Shown one piece after another: positions 46,773 to 56,112 of a DNA stretch of 64,000 bases. Position numbers and translations under genes: made by a program. The DNA is taken from positions 288,001-352,000 of the forward strand of contig CAVYRH010000004.1 in NCBI GenBank assembly GCA_963770835.1. Reading direction: 5' to 3'. The notes under the pieces were generated by a model. The model saw only the letters and a program-made list of their open reading frames with translations. It did no database searches and was not told where the DNA came from. The DNA is from an uncultured Pseudomonadota bacterium (GTDB lineage: Bacteria; Oederibacteriota; Muellerivitia; Muellerivitales; Muellerivitaceae). Numbering within the stretch: position 1 is the stretch's first letter; each line of letters starts with the position of its first letter.

Positions 46773-47636
46773 TTAGCTGGCGATTTTATGTTCGGGCAGC
46801 GGTGCCGTTTCGGCCGGGGCGAACCTCAGGACGCTAGCCGCGAGGACCGTCGGGATATCCAGCAATTCGGTGATCCGGTCCTGAAGCTCCATGGATCCGA
46901 GCACGCCGGCGCGCACGGCGGGGCGTTGGACCTCCAGCTTGGCCTTGAGAACGTCCAGGACCTCGTCCACCACCAGCCCCACTTCCCCCCCGGGCGTGAC
47001 ATAAACGATCCTCTGCCGGTTTTGGCCCGGGGCCCGGCGCACCGGGGGCCGCCGGAAAACCAGCCGTCTTTCGGCCAGCATCTTGTTGATATCCACCAGG
47101 GGCATCCAGCGGCCCGGGGTGCCGTCGGGGCCCGTTTCGCCCGCCGCCGGTTCAGGGAAGGCTTCCAGGCGCATCACGTTGTCGAAGGGAATGGCCATGC
47201 GGCCGTCGTCCGGTGTGCGGAAGACGAGGGTTTTTTGGAGCCAGGGCAGGGGATTGAGGGGAAGGTGGCGCACTTGAGGGGAGGTGAGGGCCGGACGGAA
47301 CGGGTTTTCCATCCCGTAAGCCTGGATACCGGCGATTTCCTTGTGCAGTTCCTCGACCAGGTTCAAAAGAAAACCGAGGATGCGGGGCTGAGGATGAATT
47401 TCGTCCCTGTCCAACTGGCTCAGGATCATTTCGCCCGTGTGCGCGAGGCTCTCCAGTTTTTGGTATCCACGGGAGCCGGCGGTTAGGCGCAAGGCCCGCA
47501 TCGTGAAGTGCAATTCGTTGAAAGGCCGCGAGGGGCCGCCGTCCGAAAGGGCGGCCACCAGGCGCGGTTCCAAGCGGTCCAATAGTACGTAGCTTTCCGA
47601 GACAAAATCCCTGACTTCAGTCGAGGTCTTTTCCAT
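46773..47636 (-). CDS. Degenerate Hpt domain fused to a CheW-like domain (CheA lacking its kinase core)
   Basis: N-terminal FVSESYVLLDRLE...KLESLAHTGEMILSQL; C-terminal FRTPDDGRMAIP...VGLVVDEVLDV...RITELLDI. Confidence 0.72.
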   Translation of the reverse strand: MEKTSTEVRDFVSESYVLLDRLEPRLVAALSDGGPSRPFNELHFTMRALRLTAGSRGYQKLESLAHTGEMILSQLDRDEIHPQPRILGFLLNLVEELHKEIAGIQAYGMENPFRPALTSPQVRHLPLNPLPWLQKTLVFRTPDDGRMAIPFDNVMRLEAFPEPAAGETGPDGTPGRWMPLVDINKMLAERRLVFRRPPVRRAPGQNRQRIVYVTPGGEVGLVVDEVLDVLKAKLEVQRPAVRAGVLGSMELQDRITELLDIPTVLAASVLRFAPAETAPLPEHKIAS

Positions 47637-47958
47637 GGTTGGTTCCTTCAATGCAATAGTGGGTCCTCCGCCGCTTTCAGGCGGCGGAACGAAAGGACAT
47701 GGGCTTATAGAATAGCAATAAACGGACCATGGAAAGACGCGCAAAAAGCCGTGAATAAACCGGGGGGGATTGGGTTGTTTTGACCCTGTGGGAAGTTTTT
47801 ACCCAGCGATAGGGTGCGCTTACCATGGCGTTGCGGAGTTAGATCGGGAGCTGTAAAAAGGGGTCCGTCGACTTATCCTTTTTTCCTCGGGGTTTCCCAT
47901 CTCCCTCGCGGTGCACCACTCCCCGTCAAAAAGTCCAAGGGTGGCACTAGACCCCCGG

Positions 47959-48396
47959 TTATTCTTTCTTCTTGAACCAGTTCTTTTCCAGGTAGCCGAT
48001 CAAGGCCCCGAGATGGGTAAGGTCAAAGGGTTTTTGCAGGCAGTCATCGGCCGTGGAAAATTGGGCTTTCATCATCACGTGGTGGTCTTCCGACCCGGTG
48101 AGGATCAATACCGGGATATCCCTCAGCAGGGGGTCTCCCTTGAGCGCCGAAAGAACCTCCCACCCGCTCTTATCGGGAAGGCCGAGGTCGAGCAGGATAA
48201 AATCGAAGGGAAAAAGGGCGCGGTGGGGGCCCTTGCTTCGCAGGAATTCCAGGGCCGATCCCCCCGTCGGTGCCACCGTGACGCGCACCTGGTTCTTAGA
48301 TCGCTCCAATGCGTCCCGGATCAGTTTGACGTCCGCGGGGTTGTCCTCGATGAAAAGGACCTCGAACTTCCGGCGGGATAACGCTTCCGTTCCCAT
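47959..48396 (-). CDS. Single-domain response regulator (Rcp1-like)
   Basis: IEDNPAD, LLDLGLP, ILTGS, KP. Confidence 0.9.
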   Translation of the reverse strand: MGTEALSRRKFEVLFIEDNPADVKLIRDALERSKNQVRVTVAPTGGSALEFLRSKGPHRALFPFDFILLDLGLPDKSGWEVLSALKGDPLLRDIPVLILTGSEDHHVMMKAQFSTADDCLQKPFDLTHLGALIGYLEKNWFKKKE

Positions 48397-48405
48397 GCGC
48401 CCTCC

Positions 48406-48894
48406 CTAAGAAGCGGCCAGCACCGCGCCGGGCGGCAGGTCCAGCCGGAGTTCCTTGATCCAATTCTCCTCCAGGTAGTTCAGGAGGAGGTCGTAGTGGC
48501 GCAATTCCGCGGGCTTTAAAAGATAAGCGCTGACCCGGGTATGGTAGGCCCGCCACTTGTCCTCATCCTGGGCCGAGCCGGTGAGGATCAGGGTGGGAAT
48601 GCCGCTGAGGCGGCGGGAAGCCTTGATCTCAGCCGCGACCTCGTGCCCATTCTTCCGGGGCAGGTGGAGGTCCAGCAGGATGAAATCAGGCCTGGGCGCG
48701 GCAAGATAGGGTTTCCGGCGGCGCAGGAAATCCATGGCCTGCTCCCCGTCCTCGACGACGCTCAAGCGGATATCGAAACGGGAGCGCTTGAAAGTTTCCC
48801 TTAAAAGGCCCACATCGCCCGGGTTGTCCTCCGCGAGCAGGATTTCCACGGCCCTTAGCCCCGAGCGGGGGACCGGCTGTTGGATGGTTGGCAT
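48406..48894 (-). CDS. Single-domain response regulator (Rcp1-like)
   Basis: AEDNPGD, DGEQAMDFL, RPDFILLDLHLPRKNG, ILTGS, KP. Confidence 0.9.
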   Translation of the reverse strand: MPTIQQPVPRSGLRAVEILLAEDNPGDVGLLRETFKRSRFDIRLSVVEDGEQAMDFLRRRKPYLAAPRPDFILLDLHLPRKNGHEVAAEIKASRRLSGIPTLILTGSAQDEDKWRAYHTRVSAYLLKPAELRHYDLLLNYLEENWIKELRLDLPPGAVLAAS

Positions 48895-49127
48895 GGGGTT
48901 CCTTTCCTCCCTCAAATAAAATACCGGCATCTTCCCAAACGGCCCCCGGAAGCGCGGGGACCTTGATTTAATTTTCGACCCGGAAATCCCCAAAAGGGAA
49001 GATACCCACTTAAGATTTAACCCTTAAATTTCAGGCCCTTGCGGTTTCCTTTTGGACGCAACGTTTTCGTAGGGGTGGGTTTCTCAAACGTTTTAAGGCG
49101 GAGGGGGAATTTTGCTTGTCAAAACCA

Positions 49128-49162
49128 CCCTCATCCCGCCCTTCTCCCCTCAAGGGAGAAGG
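49128..49162. repeat. CCCTCATCCC-type REP-like hairpin
   Basis: CCCTCATCCCGC followed by CCTTCTCCC-CTCAA-GGGAGAAGG (perfect 9-bp stem). Confidence 0.65.
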
Positions 49163-49291
49163 AGAAATAAACGGTAAAAAGCCTTTATCTTAGAAATGTA
49201 TGTGAAGGGATTAGTTCCGATTATTTATACAACCCGGCCTCGGCCGATTTATGATGGCATCCATCTGAATTCACGACGGGAAACTATTTAA

Positions 49292-49663
49292 ATGCTAGAA
49301 CTCCTCCAAAACTGCTTCACCTGGAAAGGCCGGCTAGGCCGGGCGGACTTTTGCGCCGGGATGCTGGGTTTGGGCATCGTGGTGACGGCTTTTATGGGAG
49401 TTTTTTGGGCCGATATTTATTTCCACAAGACCCCGACATTTTTTGGAATGGGAGTTCCTGGTTTTTTTGTTCTTTTCTTTCTCTTGTGGTTCTTGGGCGT
49501 CTTTATTGAAATTTCCCTCTTCATCCGCAGGTTCCATGACCTGGGCCGGCCCGGAATCCAGGCCTGGTACCTCCTCATTCCTTTCGTGGGCCTTTATTTC
49601 CTGGTCCTGCTCTTCTTCTTCAAAGGAGTGGAAGGCCCGCAAAAGAAGAAGATTTTCCCATGA
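49292..49663 (+). CDS. DUF805 (YhaH-like) membrane protein
   Basis: FTWKGRLGRADF, IRRFHDLGRPG, LLIPFVG. Confidence 0.88.
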   Translation: MLELLQNCFTWKGRLGRADFCAGMLGLGIVVTAFMGVFWADIYFHKTPTFFGMGVPGFFVLFFLLWFLGVFIEISLFIRRFHDLGRPGIQAWYLLIPFVGLYFLVLLFFFKGVEGPQKKKIFP

Positions 49664-50316
49664 AATCCCGCCTCCTCGTGACTTGGGGTTTTGAATTCGG
49701 CGGTGCCTGCCTGGCCCTGGCGGCGGTGTTCCTGGTGCTTTACTTTGTTTTCCGCCAAAGCGACACCGGGAAGGGAAAGGCTAAGAAACCCATCCTCTGG
49801 CTCATCCTGAGCGCTTCGTCCTACCTCCTCGCCTTCGGGGGCCTGATCTTCATGATGATCGCCTATTTCCAGATGTTCATTCCCACAATGGGGGATTTCA
49901 GCAGCGTTTCATGGCAGGGCGGGAACATGACGGCGTCGAATGGGGATGGGGATTTTATGCTTTCGGACGAAACGGAATGTCTCGTCTCACAGAATGGCAA
50001 GCCCTACCACCAGGTCAGCTTCACGTTGAAAAGCGATTTTGATAAACCCGTCACCCTCCAGGCCTTCCAGGCCGTCAGCCGTATCGACGAAAAGGACTTT
50101 GCCGCTTATAGCGGCCCCATCACCCTGCCTTTCCTATTGGCGGCGGGGGCCAGCCAAAATATCGAGCTGCGGGGGGAGGTCACGGACCGCATCCGGGAAC
50201 ACACCACAAAGGAAGCCAAGGACGATTACGGCCTCACCGCCTACCTCACGGTGGTCACTTCGGAAGGCAAATTGCCAGGCATCCCCCTTCATTTCCCCGA
50301 CCAGCCCTGCAAGTAA
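49660..50316 (+). CDS. Hypothetical two-TM protein with soluble C-terminal domain
   Basis: ATGA overlap with the DUF805 gene; two hydrophobic segments. Confidence 0.65.
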   Translation: MKSRLLVTWGFEFGGACLALAAVFLVLYFVFRQSDTGKGKAKKPILWLILSASSYLLAFGGLIFMMIAYFQMFIPTMGDFSSVSWQGGNMTASNGDGDFMLSDETECLVSQNGKPYHQVSFTLKSDFDKPVTLQAFQAVSRIDEKDFAAYSGPITLPFLLAAGASQNIELRGEVTDRIREHTTKEAKDDYGLTAYLTVVTSEGKLPGIPLHFPDQPCK

Positions 50317-50334
50317 CAACCGAAGGAGACCGCG

Positions 50335-51180
50335 ATGAAACCGAAAAGTTCCAAAACCTCCCAAGTGGCCGTGGCGGTCATCCATGGGATGGGAGTCCGC
50401 GACCCCCATTTCGATGAGGGCCTGAAGCAAGGTGTTTTCACCGAAATTCAAAAAGAAGGGCTGGGCCCCCAAAACATCCACTGGAAGCCCATTTACTGGA
50501 AGCCGGTGATTGAAAAAGCCGAGGATGACTATTGGAACCATATCCAAGCCCCCCTCAAAGCGGACGTTTGGAACGGGTTGAGATACTTCGTGGTGAACGC
50601 CTTGGGGGACGCGGCGGGTTATCACGGCACCAACAAGAAGGGCCATTCCGCCACCTACCACGCGGTGCAAGGAGTCATCCGCAAGGACATCCGGGCGCTA
50701 TCCCAAACGGCGGGCGGGAATTGTCCCCTGATCGTGATGGCCCATTCCCTGGGCGGCATCATGATCACCGACTACATCTGGGACATCCAAAACCCAGCGA
50801 AGAAAAAATACGTCAAGTTAAAGGGCCTGAGCGCCTTTGAAAAGTTCGAGACCCTCGCAGGAGTAGTCACCTTCGGGAGCAACATTTCCCTCTTCACCTT
50901 CGCGTATAATCCGGTCCAACCCATCGAATTTCCCTACGGCCTCTACGGGAAGGACCCCCGGTGCCAATGGCTGAACTATTACGACCCCAACGACGTCCTG
51001 GGGTTTCCGCTGAAAGGGCTGAACAAGGATTACGCGAAAACCGTCACGAAGGATATCCAGGTGAAAGTGGGGGGCATTCCACTCCAGTGGACTCCGATAA
51101 GCCACCTCCGTTATTGGACGGACCCGGCTTTCGTCAAACCGGTCAGCGGATTCATCGCCCGGTTTTTGAGGTCCGAATAA
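50335..51180 (+). CDS. Alpha/beta-hydrolase-fold protein
   Basis: IHGMG, AHSLGG nucleophile elbow, VTFGS, NYYDPNDVLG, SHLRYW. Confidence 0.75.
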   Translation: MKPKSSKTSQVAVAVIHGMGVRDPHFDEGLKQGVFTEIQKEGLGPQNIHWKPIYWKPVIEKAEDDYWNHIQAPLKADVWNGLRYFVVNALGDAAGYHGTNKKGHSATYHAVQGVIRKDIRALSQTAGGNCPLIVMAHSLGGIMITDYIWDIQNPAKKKYVKLKGLSAFEKFETLAGVVTFGSNISLFTFAYNPVQPIEFPYGLYGKDPRCQWLNYYDPNDVLGFPLKGLNKDYAKTVTKDIQVKVGGIPLQWTPISHLRYWTDPAFVKPVSGFIARFLRSE

Positions 51181-51300
51181 AACTCACCGGTCGATGGTCA
51201 CCATGATCCAATCGGCATAACGCTTTCCCGAGACCTTAAAACCAAGGGGATGGGCCCAGAGGTTGCCAGGAAATAAGGGAAAGAATTCAGGTATGAAGGA

Positions 51301-51867
51301 TTACTTTTTCTTAAAGCCGCTATGGGCCAGCTCCTCGGGTGACAGGTCGGGAAACACATCGTCCGAGGTGAAAGGCTCCCCGTCCGGGCCCCGGCCCAAG
51401 AGGTAATAACCCGCCCCATCCGGGGTCTTCTCGTAATAAAACAGATGGGCCTTCATGCTATTCGGAAAACCGCCGGTTTGGTCGAGGAAGCTCACCATGC
51501 CTCCCGCGAAAGGGCGCTTGGCGTCCGTGAGGTCCTCCAGCTTGTCCGGATATTCCCCGTGGACCTGGTGGTAAAATTCCAGCTCCATCACGCATTGGCG
51601 CAGGTTGCCCTTGGCCATTTGCTGTTGCATGTCGCTCATCATGTTGTTCTTGCCGGTAAACATGAAAAGGAAGAGGGCGCCGTAAAGACAGACGGTCACA
51701 AGGATGCCCCCCACGCCCAGGAGCACCACCTTCCAACCCCCGGACTTGAATTTCAGGGCCCCCAGGACGATGGAAATGATGCCCAGCAAGACACCAATAA
51801 AGGGAATGAAGGACAAGAAACCCAGGAGGTACTCGACCGCTGTTACGTTCGAACTATCTTTTGCCAT
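51301..51867 (-). CDS. Two-TM (DUF4190-like) protein fused to a GspG-like pseudopilin domain
   Basis: KGNLRQCVMELEFYHQVHGEYPDKLEDL...YYLLGRGPDGEPFTSDD. Confidence 0.75.
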   Translation of the reverse strand: MAKDSSNVTAVEYLLGFLSFIPFIGVLLGIISIVLGALKFKSGGWKVVLLGVGGILVTVCLYGALFLFMFTGKNNMMSDMQQQMAKGNLRQCVMELEFYHQVHGEYPDKLEDLTDAKRPFAGGMVSFLDQTGGFPNSMKAHLFYYEKTPDGAGYYLLGRGPDGEPFTSDDVFPDLSPEELAHSGFKKK

Positions 51868-51879
51868 TCCCGCCCCCAG

Positions 51880-52389
51880 TTAGCCGAACACTTTTTTGAC
51901 TTCCGGCTTGCGGAAGGAAAACCAGAGCCAGGTGTAAAGGCAGATCATGACCAGGGCCCAAGCCGCGGCGAAGCCGGTGGACATGGCCATCATGCCCTTG
52001 GGGTAGGGCAGGCCGTTGACCGAGGCCTGGTCCGGGAGGGTAAAAACGGACGCTACGGAGAATCCCAGGTTCGACAGGTGGTTCAAAATGAGGAAGGAGA
52101 GGACGACGACGAAACCGGGCGGGGCCCAGGGTTTTTGGTTGAGCATGCCGGTGCAGCAGACCAAGCTTGCGAGGGAAATTAAAAAATGAGCGGCGAAGTA
52201 AACATCCATATGGGCCATCCGCCAGGATTGGACGGGCCCCAAGTTCTGGAACGAATTGGCGAAGATGGGCGGATTGCGGAACAGAAAATGAAACATTAAA
52301 AACATAAGGGAATCGCCCAGGAGACCGAGAATGCCGAGGACGAGAAAGACGATGGCGGTAATGCGGACGAAAGCGGCGGAATTTTTCAT
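51880..52389 (-). CDS. Four-TM hypothetical membrane protein
   Basis: GAGGAG RBS; four hydrophobic segments; F.KPEVKKVF tail. Confidence 0.7.
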   Translation of the reverse strand: MKNSAAFVRITAIVFLVLGILGLLGDSLMFLMFHFLFRNPPIFANSFQNLGPVQSWRMAHMDVYFAAHFLISLASLVCCTGMLNQKPWAPPGFVVVLSFLILNHLSNLGFSVASVFTLPDQASVNGLPYPKGMMAMSTGFAAAWALVMICLYTWLWFSFRKPEVKKVFG

Positions 52390-52521
52390 AGCTTTCTCCT
52401 CTGATAAGATCCGCGAAAATAATGCCCTAAGATAGCATCCCCGGGCCTTCCTGTCCCTTACGCAAATCCGCTATTCCGCGGTTGTTTGGTTTGTGAATCT
52501 TCGGCAAGGGTGGGGCTTGCC

Positions 52522-53598
52522 TCAGGCGTGCTTTTTGGTCTTGGCCTTGGGGGAAAGGGCGGCGATCCAGCCGTTGGCCATGTCCTCGAGGCTGACGGCC
52601 TTGGCCCACTCGAAACCCGCTTGGGCCTCCGTGGGGGAAAAGCTGGACTGCAGGGCCATTGCCATCGCCACCATGCGGTCCTTGGTTTGCTGGCGGCAGG
52701 CGGGGTGGGAGAGGGTTACCATCAAGAGGCCGATGGCCTTTCGTTCATCGCCCTTGGCCTTCAAGAGCTGGGCCACGCCCGTGAGGGTGTCCGCCAGGAG
52801 GGGCCGGCACTCGGTGGAAAGCACGAGTTGGACGGCTTTTTGAAAATGCCCCTCAGCCTCCGAAATCTTTTTTTGCCCGCAGGCGATTTCCCCCAAATGA
52901 ATGAGGACGGAAACTTGGCCGAGGACATCCCTCAAGCGCGTGAAACCCTGGAGGGCCTCGGCAAACCGCTCCTTGGCCGGGTCTGATTTTCCCTTGAAGA
53001 AATCCACCGTGGCCATGTGGAAGGAATTCCAGGACTCCACCTGCAGATTTTGGCCTAACCCCTCTACCAGGGTATAGGCCATCTGGTAATGCCGCTCGGC
53101 CCCTTCGCCGTCCCGCATGGCCAGGCGCAGGTTACCCATCAAGTCGTGGACCCAGGCCTCACCCGATACGTCCTGGGCGGCATGATAAAAATTAAGGGCG
53201 TCCTGCAGGAGGCGGGCGGACTCCTGATAGTCCCCAGTAGCCCAACCCACGTTCCCTAAATGGGCCTTGCTGCGCGCGATACCTTGGTAGTCGTTCAAGT
53301 TTTGGAAGAGAGCCAGGCTTTCCTCGTAATCCCTCTTAGCCTGGGAGTACTCACCCAGAATTTCCTTGGCGCGGCCCAGCCGCGTGAGGGTGAGGCCTGC
53401 CCCCGCCGTATCGCCTTCGGCGCGGTAGTACTCAAGACTTTTCTGGTAGGACTCCTTGGCTTTTTTGAAACGGCCCTCCTTAAAACATTGGTCGCCCTGT
53501 TGGTGAAGGAAGTAGGATTTTTTCGAAAGCATTTCCTTGGCCTTGAAGGATTTGGGCCGAAGGGGATTTGAGTTTTGGTCCCTTGTAAAGTCAAACAT
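52522..53598 (-). CDS. Tetratricopeptide-repeat protein
   Basis: Repeated LG...GeY..A...Y..SL motifs. Confidence 0.85.
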   Translation of the reverse strand: MFDFTRDQNSNPLRPKSFKAKEMLSKKSYFLHQQGDQCFKEGRFKKAKESYQKSLEYYRAEGDTAGAGLTLTRLGRAKEILGEYSQAKRDYEESLALFQNLNDYQGIARSKAHLGNVGWATGDYQESARLLQDALNFYHAAQDVSGEAWVHDLMGNLRLAMRDGEGAERHYQMAYTLVEGLGQNLQVESWNSFHMATVDFFKGKSDPAKERFAEALQGFTRLRDVLGQVSVLIHLGEIACGQKKISEAEGHFQKAVQLVLSTECRPLLADTLTGVAQLLKAKGDERKAIGLLMVTLSHPACRQQTKDRMVAMAMALQSSFSPTEAQAGFEWAKAVSLEDMANGWIAALSPKAKTKKHA

Positions 53599-53760
53599 TG
53601 GGCAGCCTCTTCTCTAAAAACGTTTTTATAAGAACTTAGTTTTATGGCGTCAGAAAGTATGGCTAGGGATATTTTACCCCTTTTAACTTACGGTTTTAAC
53701 TAGCTATTTTGGAAAAAACAAGACCGTTATTTCGGCGATGTTTAGGAAGGTTTTGAACCC

Positions 53761-54150
53761 TTAAGGCCCGCTGACCACCATGTTTTGGCAGGCGGCGCCT
53801 TGGCTCACCTTTACGACGTAGAGATCGCCTGCGTTAGCCTGGAAGTTGTCACTATAACTCAACGAAGAATTTTGAAATTCGCAAGCGGGCCCGCTACAGC
53901 CGCCTCCCGCAGTCAAATTCACCGTATGGCTACCCGAGGAAACCGATGGGAAGGTGTAAACCGAGCCGTTTCCTATAGTGGCGGTGGGGCCACCATCCAA
54001 GTTCGCCTGGAGATTACAGCTGCTGCCGCCAAGGGTGTTGCTCACCTCGATAGTGGCCTTGGAGCTTTGGGGGCTGAATATATTACAACCAGCGGCCAAG
54101 GTCCCCAAGAAGGCCAAGGCTAAACCCCAACTTAAAAACCCTTGTTTCAT
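53761..54150 (-). CDS. Small Cys-containing lipoprotein
   Basis: Lipobox LAAGC; GGAGG-like RBS (GGAGGTTTGAGACG-ATG). Confidence 0.7.
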   Translation of the reverse strand: MKQGFLSWGLALAFLGTLAAGCNIFSPQSSKATIEVSNTLGGSSCNLQANLDGGPTATIGNGSVYTFPSVSSGSHTVNLTAGGGCSGPACEFQNSSLSYSDNFQANAGDLYVVKVSQGAACQNMVVSGP

Positions 54151-54313
54151 CGTCTCAAACCTCCGAGCAAACAATCCCAATCTACTTTCAGCTTTATTAT
54201 GACGTCGAAAAAGCTCAAAAAGATTCACGGGACATAAAAATAGGCCCTTTTTTAGCATTTTTCAAGGGCTTTCAGCGGTTGGTGAGCTCCCCACAAACCA
54301 GGGTGGGAAAAGC

Positions 54314-54721
54314 TCATTCTCCCCTTTTCCAAAGAAAATAGGAAAAAACCGCCAGGAGGAAACCAGCGGCCATGGCCACCCACATCAAGGTACGGCTTTG
54401 GGGGCTTTCATCGTAGGCGAAGAGGGGGTCATCGACGGGCCAAAGCCATACCTGGCGGTCTAGGAGGTTGACGTAACGCGCGGAAGTCCATGCGACGAGA
54501 TCGCAAATTTGGGCGAGCTTCTCTTTGGGGGTCACCGCGACGTTGTAAACTCCCACGAAGTTGCCGCCGCCCAAGGCCACCGATTGGGTCAAATGGAAGA
54601 CCTGGGAGACCTCGCCCCGTTCCCCGAAATACCGCACGGAGAAAAGGGTTACAAAGACCCCGAGGCAACCCAGGGCCAGGAGGAAAAAGGCCAGGCTTAA
54701 TAGGCGGCGTAAGAAAAGGAT
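54314..54721 (-). CDS. Hypothetical two-TM protein, start uncertain (ATC 54721 or GTG 54637)
   Basis: Open frame extends upstream through a TM helix to an in-frame stop. Confidence 0.5.
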   Translation of the reverse strand: MLFLRRLLSLAFFLLALGCLGVFVTLFSVRYFGERGEVSQVFHLTQSVALGGGNFVGVYNVAVTPKEKLAQICDLVAWTSARYVNLLDRQVWLWPVDDPLFAYDESPQSRTLMWVAMAAGFLLAVFSYFLWKRGE

Positions 54722-54774
54722 GGGTTACCCCCGGGATGGAAACCGACTTTTCCCATTATAACCCCGGAAGGATT

Positions 54775-55614
54775 TCAGGGATTGGCGAACTCCACACAGC
54801 GCATGGAGAGGGTGCCGTACTCAAAACCGGTATGAGGGTAGATTACTTGGGGCTTGCCCGCGACGCCAGCGGCGGCCGCCGCGGCCAAAAGAGGGGTGTA
54901 GTGGTCGTCGGTGGGGTGGGCGAAGCGGGCGCCGGGGGCCTGGGTGGCATAACGGGCCAGGGTTTCCAGGTCGAAACTTTCCAGTTTTTCCACGGCCCAT
55001 TGGTCGAATTCCTTGGCCCAGGTTTCCACATGCCCGTAACGGTCGGCGAAATCAACCTTCCCCAGGTTGTGGGTCAAATTGCCGCTCCCCAGGATCAGCA
55101 CCCCTTGGGATCTTAAGGGCGCCAGGGCCCGGCCCAGGGCGAGGTGCTCCTCCATCGGCACCCGGGTGCCGATGGAAACCTGCAGGACCGGAATATCCGC
55201 TCCCGGGAACAAATGCAAAAGGGGCACCCAGGCCCCGTGGTCCAGGCCCCGGGTGGGGCTCTCGATGGGTTTCAAACCCGCTTGGGTCAGGAGCGAAAAG
55301 GCTTCCTTGCCAAGCGCGGGCGCGGGCGGAGCCGGATAAGTGACCTGATAGAGATCGTCCGGGAAACCGTAGAAATCGTAGATGAGGCCAGCCCCTGCCG
55401 TGGGCCCCAAATGGGGGGGACGGTCCAGCCAATGGGCGGAAATCACGAGGATGGCCTTGGGCTTGGCTCCCCGGCCAGGCTCGGGGTTGAGAAGGGATTT
55501 TCCCCAAAGCTTCCAAGCCTCGACGGCCGGGCCCTTTTTTTCCAGCCCGAGGGTGGGCGCGCCATGGCCGATGAAACCGACGGACATCAGGTTGGAGTTT
55601 TTTGAGGATTCCAT
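54775..55614 (-). CDS. DODA/YgiD-type class III extradiol dioxygenase
   Basis: HGAP, ISAHW, YDFYGFP, RGLDHGAWVPL, GSGNLTHNL, AHPTDDHYTPL. Confidence 0.92.
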   Translation of the reverse strand: MESSKNSNLMSVGFIGHGAPTLGLEKKGPAVEAWKLWGKSLLNPEPGRGAKPKAILVISAHWLDRPPHLGPTAGAGLIYDFYGFPDDLYQVTYPAPPAPALGKEAFSLLTQAGLKPIESPTRGLDHGAWVPLLHLFPGADIPVLQVSIGTRVPMEEHLALGRALAPLRSQGVLILGSGNLTHNLGKVDFADRYGHVETWAKEFDQWAVEKLESFDLETLARYATQAPGARFAHPTDDHYTPLLAAAAAAGVAGKPQVIYPHTGFEYGTLSMRCVEFANP

Positions 55615-55729
55615 GGGTCCTCCTTTCCGGTTGCCTCAAGATAAGGGTTTTTCCCGGAAAGGGAAGGGACTTTAAAGGCGACGGGCCCTTTTGAAAGTTA
55701 CTTCACGGTAAGCGGGCCAGCGGAAGGTT

Positions 55730-55915
55730 TTAGTTGGATTTCTTGGGGGGAGGGGCCGAATCCTTCACGTCCTTGCTCCAGTCCCAAAAAAGCGAGGTGG
55801 AAGACTGGGGCTTTTTCCGGTTTTCCATCAACTTCGAGCGGAAGAATTGCCTCCATTTTTCATCGGAAGAACGGAGGTGGCGGTCATTATTGGGTAAAGG
55901 TGTTGAAGATTTCAT
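55730..55915 (-). CDS. Small hypothetical protein
   Basis: 61-aa ORF filling an intergenic gap. Confidence 0.4.
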   Translation of the reverse strand: MKSSTPLPNNDRHLRSSDEKWRQFFRSKLMENRKKPQSSTSLFWDWSKDVKDSAPPPKKSN

Positions 55916-56112
55916 GAAGGCCCTTGCCTGGGGAATAAAGATATCCTTATACGGAAAGAAAGCAAAGGCAAGGTAAAAGTCCGGTAAAAGCGGCGAAAAT
56001 TTTAAAGGGGTCGCAATTTGTGCATTGAAAATGGATGGGAAAACGAATCTTGCCTAAAAAATGACGGGTGTGTCCGGGGTGGAAAGGGAAAAAACACAGG
56101 GACAGCCGGCTC

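Noticed and set aside
47663..47698. Hairpin upstream of the pseudo-CheA as a riboswitch
   Set aside because: The stem is real, but I cannot match it to c-di-GMP or other aptamer consensus; an Rfam/Infernal search is needed
44549..55657. Recurring AGGG-N4-7-(A)CCC motifs in several intergenic regions
   Set aside because: Spacing is variable and the motif too short to distinguish from chance in GC-rich DNA without statistics
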